A stretch of 64,000 nucleotides of DNA from the human T2T-CHM13v2.0 reference genome, Homo sapiens (GCF_009914755.1 NC_060929.1); one strand, 5' to 3'. Numbered from the stretch's first letter, positions 1 to 14,407 are shown. The notes: generated by a model not told the origin, from the sequence alone. Translations and numbers: made by a program.

Positions 1-67
1 ATTTGGGTATATATGGGGCAGAGAGTGGTCTGGGAACCAAGTCCCTGAGTGTACCGAAGGACAACTG
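1..67. mobile_element. Terminal part of a TcMar-Tigger non-autonomous element (MER2/Tigger3-like), cut by the window edge
   Basis: ggtctgggaaccaagtccctgagtgtaccgaaggacaactg resembles the MER2-type terminus ggtcctggaaccaatcccc..ggataccgagggacgactg. Confidence 0.55.
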
Positions 68-3000
68 TGTACATTTGACATGGTGAGAAAGCAAAGTGAA
101 ACTCTTTATTTCAATATCTAGCAGCAAACCAAAGTGGCATAAATACCAGAAAACAATGGAAGTGGGAAGGAATTTGTCCATTGCCTTAGAAACCACTTAA
201 ATATTGTTTAAGAAAAACAGTAAGTCAAAGGGAGAAACAAATGTAAATTAAGAACACAATGGTATCCTGAAAGATATTTCTCTGGGCTAAAATCTACCCC
301 AGTACTCACAAATACTTGACTTTTAATATTTCCTCTCTCCTTTTTGTCTTCCTGCTGTTCTAAAAGGAGATATACCTAAGATGATAATCTGGCAACTGTG
401 CCTTGAAATACCATGAATTTCAATTGTTTGTGAAATAGACGGATGAACTACAGAGTAGAGAGATTTTGATAGAGTCAGATGAATTTATTAATTTATTTCA
501 GAAACATTGTTTAGCTAACTAAATAAATAACTGTATTTAGTACTTTGAAAATGCCTTGTTATTCATTTGTAATGGGGTGTGTCCACACTTTTTAAGAGAT
601 AATCCCTCAAGTTCATGACCTTGATGGGCTCATTTGGCCAGAACAGAAAACTCACATGCATTTGCAAATACGAGCTGACCCATACAACCCTTCTACCTAA
701 AACAGAGAAATGCATCATGTTTTTGCAATTTCAGGCACTAATAGGTAATAGCATTTTGTTATCTTTTTAAAGCTTTTTATAGTATTACTTTTGAACTATA
801 CCACTTTGCATTAGGAGCATGTGCAGTATTTGGAAAAAGTAGCATGTTAAAGTATGGGCCTGACTCTCATGCTGTATTTGTGAAGTTGTTAGAACATTCT
901 GGCTTTCTGAATCCACCAAGCAAGTCAGCCAAGATGGAAACATTAATTGGAATATGTGGGTGCATTCGCATTTTTATGGTATACCCTTAGAGATTACATG
1001 ATTGGCCAAGAAAGCATATTTAGGATTCATATGTTTTAATTATGAAATATAACTCTCCATGGATCTCATTTTTGGCTCAGTTTATTATTTTAGTTCTTTA
1101 AAACTCTAATAATTAGCATACATAGATGTTAAGTGTTTTAATCTGAGGCATTTATTATTGACTTTTAATGGTTCGTCATAAATTATATGCAAAAGGGGAC
1201 CAAGAAAACAAAAAAGGTTTATGGTTGTGTTATAAATTATCAATATAAATTGTGAGCTCCTAATTTTCAATGGAAAAAATGCTGTGTTTATTTTATTTTC
1301 ACCATTAATTATTTAACCAGTAAGGGACACAGACACTGTTGGGATTGTCATTCTCTTTCCTCCAAATTCTGAGGAAATATGATTCTAAAAATGAATGCTA
1401 GGGCATGGTTTTTATTTGTCTATTCTTTTAAGTTGTAGTTTGGGACGAAATTTATTTTCACCAACACCAGTGGAAAGCAAAGTGCCAGGAGGTCGAGAGA
1501 AGGAGAGAGACCGAATGCAGAACTTGTGATCTAACAGAAATAGTCACTTGAAAACTGTAGACAACTGTCAAAATTTGTGGACAGTTCTTAGAATTTGGTT
1601 TAAATATTACTATAATGCCAAATATATGAATATATTTTCAGCTGGAAAGTGTATGAATATTTTAAATCAGAGGCACTGTTAAAAGCCATATTCGTACAGA
1701 TCTTAGGTTAGTTTTTATGTCTGATACAGCATAAAAATAATGGTGTTTATTATTCCCTACCATGTATCATGAAAAGTCATCTTTATAATCGTGACAAGAA
1801 GCACAATCACATTTTACACAGGGCAGCCTGGAGTATGCATGGTCCCTATCTAGAAGTGTAATGTTCATTTTTTTCTTGTTTTAAATGAGAGATATTCTGA
1901 AGGAGGAGACTTATTTTTGTAATGTGTCTGTCAACTCGTTTCTGCACACAAATGCTCTTTCTCTTTCCCTTTATGTGTCTGCCCTACTAAATAAAAGGAT
2001 TGATGTAGGTGATAAATCTGACCTACTTCCTAGATTTAACGCTGCGTCTGTCGGTACCTTGCTAAAGAGTCTGATCTCTGATGAGCTAATCAAGGCTTAC
2101 ACTGTCACCCCAATAGGGCATGCGTGGAGTCATAAAATTGTTTTACGCTGTTATGTGTAAATTGGAATAAAACGGTAGTAGCGCACTGTCAGCACAAATG
2201 CTTCTGAGCTCTTTTTCTTGAAGAAACTCATCTCTTCCTAAGACACAAGACCGAAGTGAGAAACGGGATACCTATAATGTATAAAACACCATTATCCACT
2301 ACTTTTTTTTTGGTAGGAAAAAAACTCAGATATTTCCCAGCCCCCATGGATAAGAATAACAGGAAAGCATATATGAGTTCTTTGTTTTAAAACAGGCATA
2401 TGTTAGTACACAGTCAGTAGTTTTAAGAAAGGAAAGAAAGCCTTTAATTGGCCTTTTTGGATGCATGACACACATCACTTCTTAAACAGAATGAAGCTCT
2501 ACATGCAAGTGTTTTTTTTTATTTAAAAAATTACTTATTAGATGAAATACCAGTGGAATAACTAGGATGCTGGCTAGGCTAGATTCTGAAGCATGATCAA
2601 AATTAATAACACTGTCTGGAATTTAGTGACAAGCATTCGAATGCCACATTGAAAATGGCAGCATCTGCTTAATAGCATGTGCCCATTTAACATTGATGTG
2701 TAAGAGCACTAAGATAGGAAATGTTTCTGCCTGGAAGTGAAGTAAGTGTTTGTGTAATTAAATGCTGGGAGAAATGAGTTTTAAGCTCGAGTAGATTGAA
2801 AAATGTTAAATTGAAATATTAAAAATAAATTCTAAAATTACTGTTGTGTTTGAGAGTAGTGCAATCGTTAACTATGAGTTTACTGGTTATAAATACTTAC
2901 CTATATTTGACTCAACTTCTTAAGTATTCATAGAGACAGACAGCAAGCTACTGTTCACATTAGGCAAGATTTACCTTATTAAGAAGAGATAGCAACCTAT

Positions 3001-3564
3001 TAGCAGGAAAAGGAATTAACACTAAACTTCTCTTCTACCCTTCTATCCTCTAATCTTGAATAAATGTCCAAGTTATATACTAAACAATGAATTAAATGCT
3101 TATACTACAGATGAATTAAACTTTAGAAACAAAAGAGATTAAAAATTTGAAATTTATAGACTTAATTCACAGTTGGGAAATTTGTCCCTTCATTATACAT
3201 GAAGTTTTCCTGTAATGCAACATATTCCTTTCTAAAAGTCACCATGCTATGCCAAATCACAGCATTAAAAACCAGGGGCTTGTGGGGAAAATGAGGTTGG
3301 AACACAACACTCAAAAATTTTATTATTGACATTATTTAATATTAGTGACATTTACTATTAACATTATTGGCAACAATAGAAACTAATAAAATGGTAGCAC
3401 AGTTTTACATGTTAAATGGTTAAGAAATTCATATATATGATATAAGTGTGGCACTTTCTCAAAAACACCAACATTTGCTTGTGGAAGTGAGTTTCAAAAG
3501 AGTTGTAGCTTGTTATTCTAAGTTGATAGAAGGATGATTGTCTAATATCAAAAAGAAAGCTATA

Positions 3565-3949
<385 letters not shown>

Positions 3950-4373
3950 TCAGCTGGATACAGTTTTCTGTGTTCACCTACCATTTCACTCAGATGAAAT
4001 CATGTGTAAATGAACATGAATTGCATTACGCCGAAATTATTCCCTGCTATACTAATTGCATTGGACCAAATTTGCATTTTCACAAGAAGCATTATAGCAG
4101 AACTGACTCAACTGAAATCTGTGAAAATTTGTGTTATAAAGTATATATCCCTTATGACATAAAACTGTCATGTCAAAATTCTAATATTCATAGAATATGC
4201 TTTTATTAACATGCTTTTCCTTATGCCGAAAAATTTTACTAGGCAACAGTTGGTTGGAATTTTGTACTTTGGGCTTTCTCAAGTCCACTTCCACATTGTC
4301 CTATTTGAGAAATAAAAATATTAGTGAAAATCTTTGCAGTCCACCTTAAGCCTCCATGGTTGTTCTGTTAATA

Positions 4374-4480
4374 TACCCATTTTATAGAACTTGAAACCAC
4401 AACTTGAAATGCGTAAGTAATTTCTCCAAGGTCATGTAGCTAATAAGGCTGATTATTGTAGTATTTTGACCCAGGCTCTT
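4374..4480 (-). mobile_element. MIR fragment
   Basis: cccattttatag...taagtaatttctccaaggtcatgtagctaataag matches the reverse MIR core. Confidence 0.65.
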
Positions 4481-4678
4481 TACCAGCATTCACTTACACA
4501 TAATTTTCTATTCTTGACGTAAGAATTGGAAAGGGAAAGCCCCTAAAACCTTTTCTCCCTTGACTCATAACTTCTATAAAGGAGAACGTTATGCCTATTA
4601 CCAAATATCCTGTATATCTTTTTGCGACATTTTAGTCTTATCAGAAGACATAAGAGACCACATATAGAGATACTTAAT

Positions 4679-4927
4679 GTTTGTTTATTTATTTATTTAT
4701 TTATTTAGAGACAGAGTCTCACTGTTGTCACAGGCAGAAGGGCAGTGGTGCGATAGCTCACTGCAACTTCCACCTCCCAGGTTCAAGCAATGCCCGTGCC
4801 TCAACCTCCCAAGTAACTGGAGTTACAGGCGTGTGCCATCATACCCAGCTAACTTTTATTTTTAGTAGAGAAAAGGTTTCACCATATTGGCCATGCTGGT
4901 CTTGAACTCCTGGCCTCAAGTGATCTG
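4679..4927 (-). mobile_element. 5'-truncated Alu (old S/J type)
   Basis: (ttta)n tail, Alu body ending tggcctcaagtgatctg; 11-bp TSD agatacttaat on both sides. Confidence 0.95.
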
Positions 4928-5467
4928 AAGATACTTAATCTTTACCCTTCCTTTAATTCATAGGAAATGATGTCCCATGAGTGAATTATCCAAATAGGAT
5001 AGAAGTGAGGAGAGGAAGGTCACTGCAAAACATATGAGCTACTTCAGATTGGTAAAGTGGTGGTCAACTAGGAGATCTTTAGTTATTATTCGTCGCTTTG
5101 ATAAGCTGATAACAATTATAAACCGTTTTCTGATAAGTGCAATAGACTCCTCATTAAAGCCATTTAAAGTAATGGATCACCCATCTCCCTCCTCCCATCC
5201 ACAGCATCATTTTCAAGTGCTGTCTACTTCAAAACTGAGGGGCAGCAGGAGGGAGGAAAGAAGATGTAGGTTTGAACTGAGGAGAGGTTGTTTCCCTGCT
5301 CAGGGAACTTACCTGGCTACGACTTCGGTGGCTAACTCCCAGCCATCAGGCCTTACTTCACTTTTTACAAGACTTACTTCTGCTATTATTCTAACCTTTG
5401 ATCTTCCCCATCAAGTATTACTTAGAAAAACACAGCGGGTGCCCTGAAGCCTAGTTATCAGAAAGTG

Positions 5468-8089
5468 CAGGCACACCTCATTATATTGCACTTCACAGAT
5501 ACTGAAGATATGAGTTTTCTTACAAATAGAAGGTTTGTGACAACCCTGGGTCTAGCAAGCCTACCAGCGCCATTTTTCCAAAAACATGTGCTCACTTCAT
5601 GTCTCTGGGTCACACTTTGGTAATTCTTACAACATTGCAAAATTTTTATTATTGTTATATCTGTTATGTTCTGTGTTCAGTAATCTTTGAGGTTAGTATT
5701 ATAATGGTTTTAGGGGTGCTACGAACCACACCCATATAAGAGTGCAAATTTAATCAATACATGTGTGTGTGTTTTGACTGCTCCACCGAATGGCCCTTTC
5801 CCCACCCCTTACCTTCTCTTTGGGCCTCTCTATTACCTGAGACACAACAACACTGAAACTGGGCCATTTAATAACCCTACAATGACTTCTAAGTAAAAGA
5901 GAGTGTCACATGTCTCTCAGTTTAAATCAAAAGCTAGAAATGATTAAGCTTAGTGAAGAAGACAGGTCGAAAGCTGAGACAGGTCAAAAGGCAGGCCTCT
6001 TGTGCCAGTTAGCCAAGTTGTTAATGCAAAGGAAAAGTTCTTGAAGGAAATTAAAAGTGCTGTTCTAGTGAACAAATGAACAGTAAGAAAGTGAAACAGC
6101 CTGATTGCTGAAATGGAGAAAGTTTGAGTGGTCAAGATAGAAGATCAAACCAGCCACATGATTCCCTTAAGCCAAAGCCTAATTCAGAACAAGGCCCTAA
6201 CTCTCTTCAATTCTATGAAGGCTGAGAGAGGTAAGGAAGCCGCAGAAGAAAAGTTGGAAGGTAGAAGAGGTTGGTTTGTGAGGTTTAAGGGAAAACGCCA
6301 TCTCCATAACATAAAGTGCAAGATGAAGCAGCAAATGCTGATGTAGTAATAGAAGCTGCGGCAAGTTATCTGGAAGATGTAGCTAAGATCACTGATTGAG
6401 GGTGGCTACACTAAACAATCTATTTTCAGTTTACACGAACTGCCTCATATTGGAAGAAGATGCCATCTAGGAGTTTCATAGGTAGAAAGGACAACTCAAT
6501 GTCTGGATTCAGTGCTTCAAAGGATAGGCTGACTCTTATTTAGTGGCTAATATAGCTGGTGACTTTAAGCTAAAGCCAACGTTCATTTACTATTCTGAAA
6601 ATCTTTAAGATTTTCTTTTTTTTTTTTTAAAGTGCCTTTAGGAATTATGCTAAATCTACTCTGCCTATGCTCTGTAAATGGAACAAGAAAGCCTGGACGA
6701 CAGCATATCTGTTTACACTGTGGTTTACTGAATATTTTGAGGCCTAACACTCAGAAAAAAGATTCTTTTCAAAATATAACTGCTCATTGACAATGCACCT
6801 AGTCACCCAAGGGCTCTGATGGAGATGCCCAAGGATATGAATGTGGTTTTCATGCCTGCTAACACGACATCTTTTCTACAGCCCATGAACCAAGGAGTCA
6901 TTTTGACTTTCAAGTCTTATTATTTAAGAAATACATTTTCCAAGGCTACAGCTATCATATATAGTAGTTTTTTTTGTTGTTGTTTTTTTGGGTTTTTTTT
7001 TGTTTTTTTTTGAGATGAAGTTTTGCTCTGTCGCCCAGGCTGGAGTGCAGTCAGTGGCGGGATCTCGGCTCACTGCTACCTCCGCCTCCCAGGTTCAAGC
7101 AATTCTCCTGCCTCAGCCTCCCCAAGCAGCTGAGACTACAGGTGTGTGCCACTGTGCCAAGCTATTTTTTTTTTTTTTTTTTGTATTTTTAGTAGAGATG
7201 GGGCAAAGAAAATTGAAAGCCTTCTGGAAAAGATTCACCATTCTAGATGCCATTAAGAACATTTGTGGTTTCATTTGAGGAGGTCAAAATAGCAACATTA
7301 GCAGGAATTAGGGAGAGGTTGAGTCCCACACTCATGAATGACTTTGAGGGGCTCAAGACTTCAGAGGAGTAAGTAACTGCAGATGTGGTGGAAGCAAGAA
7401 AACTAGAATTAGAAGTGGAACTTGAAGACGTGGCTAAATTGCTGCAATCTCATGATAGAACTTGAACAGATGAGGAATTGCTTCTTTTGGATGAGCAAAG
7501 AAAGTGATTTCTTGAGATGGAATCTACTTCCGGTGAAATACTGTGAACATTGTTGAAATGACAACAAAGGATTTAGAATATTACATAAAGTTAGTTGCTA
7601 AGCAGTAGTAGGATTTGAGAGGATTGGCTGCAATTTTGAAAGAAGTTCTACTGTGGATAAAGTGCTGTCAAACAGCATGGCCTGCTATAGAGAAAACTTT
7701 CTTAAAAAGAAGAGTCAATTGATGCAGCAAACTTCATTGTTGTCTTATTTTATGAAATTGCCACAGCCACCCCAACCTTCAGCAACCACCACCCTGATCA
7801 GTCAGCAGCGATCAACATGGAATCAAGTCCTCCACCAGTGAAAAGATTGTTGCTCCTGGAAGGCTCAGATGATCATTAGCATTTTTAGCAATTAAGAATT
7901 TTTAAATTAAGACATGAATCTTGTTTTTAGAAATAATGCTATTGTACACTTCATAGAATACAGTAGAGTGTAAATGTACTTTTTATATGCACTAGGAAAC
8001 CAAAAACTTCACATGACTCACCTTATCATGATATTCACTTTATTGTGATGGTCTGGAACTGAACCAGCAATATCTCTGAGTTATACCTG
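5468..8089 (+). mobile_element. Tigger1 DNA transposon, essentially full length, transposase decayed
   Basis: Left terminus caggcacacctc, right terminus gagttatacctg followed by TA. ORF remnants match Tigger1 transposase ([24 protein letters not shown]; [29 protein letters not shown]). About 2.4 kb after removing the Alu. Confidence 0.95.
6968..7203 (-). mobile_element. Truncated Alu (right arm plus linker) inside Tigger1
   Basis: Poly-T tail, gagatgaagttttgctctgtcgcccaggctgg...gtatttttagtagagatgggg, then Tigger1 resumes. Confidence 0.93.
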
Positions 8090-8103
8090 TATAGATGTTT
8101 ATA

Positions 8104-8230
8104 TAGGGTTGGCAGATTTAGCAAATGCAAATACAAGAAATAAAATTAAACCTGAATTTTAAAGAGTGATGTTTCTTACGTCTGAAACTTAAATTTAATT
8201 GAGTGTCCTATGCTTATCATGGCATTTCTA
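8104..8230. mobile_element. MER53 (hAT-type MITE), internally deleted
   Basis: tagggttggcagatttagcaaat...tctgaaacttaaatttaattgagtgtcct...tggca matches both MER53 arms. Confidence 0.7.
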
Positions 8231-11200
8231 CACTTACAAGCAATGCATTCCTGAAGGCAGATGTTATAAGTTGGGCTCCCTTCTGGCCTTGCCTTAAGAA
8301 TTGCTTTTTGTGACAAGTCATTGCCTTCACTTTCAATTAATTGACAAAAACATAATTAATTAAACTTTTTCCTTCAGTTTTAGTCCTAGGGGGAATAATG
8401 TCCTGTGAGAGGGGCTGTCTGCATCCCAAGTTGTCACCTGGTTTCCATAGAGTAGATAAAGGCAAAGTTTCACAGACTTCTAGTTCCTCTTCTTAAATGG
8501 AAGATGGATTCAAAGATCCTTTATATGTACATTTATCAATGCCTGTTTGTGTGTGAAAGATAACATTCCATATTGCTTGATTCTTTTCCGTTTCTGTCTT
8601 GTGAACAGCACACTCTTGCTGGTATTTTTCTGAACAAATAAAGAACAAAGTCATAACGTGTGGCAACCGACATAAGTGAAAATTTTTAAATTAGCTCAAA
8701 CTTAGCTATGCCTGTTGCACCAAAATGTCTCTTTTTAAGACTTTTCAAAGTTGGCCTTCCAAAAATATGCTTTGCTGAGGAACTTTAGAGAACCAATTCC
8801 TCTTCTGTGGCATTTATTCATGTGATAAAGCTCACGAAGCTATCTTTAATTATTACTGTATAGGATATCCCGTTATCTTTAATTATCACCACCGAATGGT
8901 TGAAAAATCAAATACTGCTGGCAATCAAGAGTCATTATACAATAGCATGATTGCATCTGTTCGTATTAACAGATAAGCACAGAAAATCAAAACAGTGTCT
9001 GATTTAGCCACTAAAACTGTCTGAACAAAATATTGTATCTAGCGCTCTTAATATCTTGCAGTGACTTTGATCTGATTAAAGTCCGAAGAAACATAACCAC
9101 AGATGCAAATGTTCTGGTGTTTCTGAAATTAATATTGCTGAATTTCACTGGACTGAATTGCTGGAATCCTAGTGAAGCAGAAGTGATTATAGGCACAGTA
9201 CAAACTTATGATAGGAGGATATCTAAATCTCTGAGGCCGCAGGTGCAGGATTATAGTAAAATCCCACTGAAACATTCAGTGTTCTGTCTAAATACCCCAG
9301 TACAAAATTAATTAGGCAGTTGATCACATAATAAAGCTATGATGGATGATCTAATAGAAACTAGCATCTCAGAGTCAATAACAAACTTGATTCTCTTAGT
9401 AGATGCAGCTGATTTTCAGTTTTGCCATTTACAAGATTGTGTGCATAATAAAAGATGAAAAAAAGAAGGGGTTCTATTTTGAAAATGAGAACTCAGTTAC
9501 AGTATTTATCTCTGTTGGAAACTATAATATGTAAGCAATGTAGAATTTGTAGATAGACATATCTGCAAGTAATTCTCTAAGATACTTGGCTGAAAAGCAC
9601 ATCAAAGAACAGGGAAATAATGAGACAGTCTCCAGCTGTTGGATTCCTACAGCTTTTGATTTGTGCTCTACCAGAAACTCCAGGTTTTGATGCTGTGTTG
9701 ATTATTTCCATGGTACCGAAGTTGATTTGTGCATTATTTAAAAACAGACAGTAGGCAGCAAACAAGGAAGAGTTTGCAAACTATATCTTAAAGGACATTT
9801 TGTATCTGGCTCGTCATTTCTTGCTTTCTATTTGGGGGGCTCTGTTGATTGTACATGGCTACCTTGCAGGGGAATGCAGATTAAGAATGGGGAAGGTGCA
9901 GAACAGAGCTAATCAGAGGTTTTGAAAATAAGTCAGAATGAGATTGCAACTAAGGTGATCATAGGATTCTGGGACTATAAGATATATGAATGCCATATGT
10001 TCCATGTTGATTTTCAACTTTGTGGAACCATGGGAATGATTATAAGAGGGTAAGGACCAATGCCCAATTTGAAACAAGAACTATTTTCTCAAGACAGAAA
10101 TCTTGTAGTTAAAAATCACTAAAAACTAAACCAGCTCTGGACCACCCCTCCCTGAGTCACGACTTCAGGAAGTCCTTACTTAAAAGGCAGCCTATTTTTT
10201 TAAAGCATATTATTACATGTTTTCTTAAAACATGTTTCATTTCTTATTTATAAAATAATAAGAGAATTTGCAAATTCAGTAATACAACTTTCTGGAGAAC
10301 TTTGTCCCCAAACTTTTTGTGTGTTCTGATGATCATAAAGTAATGCAGGTCAAGCAAGGGCCCAGAGGTTTTGATGCTATTTGAGTTCGTGATGAACTCT
10401 TATTACTCCTCGATCTCCTGGAAGCCAAACGATGCCAAGAAACCATTTTTTAAAGTCTGATGTTTCTTTTGGTTGAGTCCAGAATTATACAAGGCGAGCT
10501 GTTGTTTCATATCACTGATCATGAGAAAAGAAATCCAGCTGGCAAATGGACTTTTCTTTTTCTCATTGTTTGTGAACTTCTCTCATTCTTTCTTCATTTC
10601 TTTCTTCTTTCTTCCTAATCTTGTCACTTTCTATGTGTACAGATACATAAACAAAGCACACATCTGTACGCCCATGTGTGCACAAAGGCAATAGGAACAG
10701 CTGCCTACTGGATCAATGAGAGAAATTACTTAAGGTCTCTTTATAGAAAAGTACTCACAACCGATCAGCTTATTGATTCAGAAAGATATCAATAATCAAT
10801 ATACAGTTCTCAGAGTCTCTTGAAGACCATTGTTTGATATTATATTGACCCAACCTTCTCCTTATCAATAATCCCTTCCTCCCTCCTAATTTTTTCCTTT
10901 ATGCTTAGATTGTCAATACATAGTACTTGGCTGTTTCCTTAATAATATGTAATGTGAGGATTATAATAGACGTTTCCATGTTTATGGGCAAAAGTAATGA
11001 ATATGTTGGGGGTTATAGCTATACTTGGGCTTATATAAAACATTAAAAATTAAATGACAAGTTTCTTGCATTTAAAAAAGCCTATATAGAGCTAATGCCA
11101 GTAAAACAATGCAGACTGAATTTTCCAACAAAATTTGAAATCGATTAAGCAAATTCTGGAACATTAAAAAAAATAAATAGCATGGGAATTAATGGAAATT

Positions 11201-11581
11201 ATTTGTTACAAGAAGATAGATAAAAATGCAAATTCATGGTTATTTAAAAGACTTCAAATAATAGGACAGATGAGCTGAGACTGAAATCTATGTGAAGCTG
11301 AGAAAAGGAAATAAATTTGAACATTTTTTCAAAAAGCAGTAGAGAAACTCTTTCTGAATTATTGTCTGTCCTAATAATTACAAAAAATATCTGGACAATT
11401 CAAAATTTAAACAATTGCGTAAGACATAGGTATTTTTACAGGAAAATGTTTAAATGCAGAGAAGAAAATAAAAAATAAGAAACGATCTCAAAATTAAAAC
11501 AGGAAATTTATTATTATTTTAGTACATATTTTCTTGGGATGTATTCGTGCATGTGTTTGTATTTGTAAACATAGGGAGAAA

Positions 11582-11800
11582 GTATTGGTGAGGATGGGCT
11601 GGTTATGATACAGTGACAGATTCCTAAATTTTAGGAGTTTTATAGCACAAAGGTTGGTTACTAATTCCATCATATACTTAACGTAGGTTAACAGGGGTTC
11701 TGCTTCCCATAGTTCTTCAGAGTTCCAGTCTGTTGTAGGCTCCACTATACTATAGGTAAATGATTTGAAACACATGGCCTCCAAGTTTCCTATGATAGAA
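11582..11800 (-). mobile_element. Old MaLR LTR fragment (MLT1K/L-like)
   Basis: gtattggtgaggatgggctggttatgatacagtgacaga...ggggttctgct...aggctccac. Confidence 0.55.
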
Positions 11801-11940
11801 TAAGACAGGAGGCTCATAAAGGATATTGATAAGAAGCAAGCAACTTTTGCCACAAGGTCTCAAATTTATTGTAAAATAAATGGACAGATAGAGACTTACT
11901 AAATGCCCATGAAGAGTAAAATGAAGGAAAAAAAAATTTG

Positions 11941-12315
<375 letters not shown>

Positions 12316-12461
12316 TTACAGCTTAGTTTTCTTTGAATTAATTTTGAATATATGTTTCAAATGTATGCAGAATACTTCATCATGTAAATATTCCATCCTT
12401 TATACAATGCATTTCTTGTTGTTGGACATTGAAATTCCAGATGATTTTTTACGGTTAAATA

Positions 12462-12715
12462 TAGCGGTAAGGCAGTTGCTAAGAGTGTGGCTTTTCTGCC
12501 AGAAAGATCTGTATTTGAATCTTTGATCCCTTTCTTCACCAGCTGAATGACTGTGGGAAAGTTCCTTAAATGACTTTCATCCAGATTTACTTACCTATGA
12601 ATCAGAGACAATACTATCTACCTCCTTTGCTACCTTGAAGAGTAAATAAGATAATAGGAAGTATTTCATGTACAGCTTGCTACTAAGAGTGTAAGCCCAG
12701 AATAAATGACAGCTC
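12462..12715 (+). mobile_element. MIR
   Basis: gttgctaagagtgtgg...agctgaatgactgtgggaaagttccttaa...aataaatgacagct. Confidence 0.7.
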
Positions 12716-13184
12716 TGGTAGTATTTATGTGAGTATTGGTGGTGATCTGTTTTGTTGCTGTTGTTGTTGTTTTTTTACCTCATTGTCCTTGGTATGAAAG
12801 TCCCTGCTATTGCAGGAGGCTCCTATATGAACACAAGTGTAGAAGTTGAGGCTGAGAACTTCTCTCGTAATACAACCAGTATGAGGCTTACATGAAATTT
12901 TGCCACAATTTAATCCTGAACAGAAGGACCATCCATATTGCCAGTGCATCCCAAGTAGTTTTTTGGATTAGCTCATATTTGGAAGGAACCTGAGTGATTT
13001 TTAAAGTATGCAAAAGTACCGTGATTATATATTGTGTTCACACTGTGGTGTTCCTTCGTAACTACCCACTGTGTGTGAAGAAAATGTACTACCAGCTGGT
13101 GCTTTAAAACAAACAGATAAACCAGCCCTGATTTGCAAAGGTATATCTGTAAGGATGTTTTTTGTTTTAATAATAAAGACATGG

Positions 13185-13494
<310 letters not shown>

Positions 13495-14045
13495 TAATAA
13501 TAAAGACATGGATTCACTCTATACAATCATCATTGGTAATAGATAAATTATAGAACATTGCACTAAGTAGAATGTGATACAGCCATTTAAAAGAAAAGGT
13601 TGGCTTGTAGCTCAGTTATTAATTTAGAAAGATTTCCACGGTACATTGTATTGTTTTTCATATGTGTCAGGTGTTGTGGGTTCTTCTATTCTTCCTTTAC
13701 TGCCTTCCTTTGCATTAAGTAAATATCTTCTGGGGTGCTTCCTACACATCCTTACCAACACTTGATCTGGTCAGACTTTGTTCATTTTAGCCATTCTGAC
13801 AGGTGTGGAGTGGTTTCTCATTGTAGTATAATTTTGCATTTCCCTAATGAAGAATTACATTACACATATTTTCATATGCCTCTTGGTATTTATCTGTCTT
13901 CCTTAGTGAGGTATCGGCTGAAATCTTTTTTCTGTTTTTGTGGTATGCTGTCTGGTTTTAATTATTGAGTTTTGAAAGTTCTTTATGTATTTCTGGATAC
14001 AAGTCATTTATCAAATATACAATTTGCAAATATCTCCCAGGATGA

Positions 14046-14407
<362 letters not shown>

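Noticed and set aside
5034-5447. 137-aa ORF in unique sequence
   Set aside because: No recognisable domain and no supporting splice or promoter context; length within chance range
6128-7841. Transposase-like ORFs suggesting a domesticated TIGD-type gene
   Set aside because: Broken by stops, frameshifts, a poly-T insert and an Alu; ordinary decayed Tigger1
8104-8230. MER53 hairpin as a possible miR-1302-family precursor
   Set aside because: The central MER53 segment that yields the mature miRNA (ttgggacatactta...) is deleted in this copy
10327-10460. TGATGA...CTGA as a possible C/D-box snoRNA
   Set aside because: No terminal stem, imperfect C box and no recognisable rRNA/snRNA antisense element
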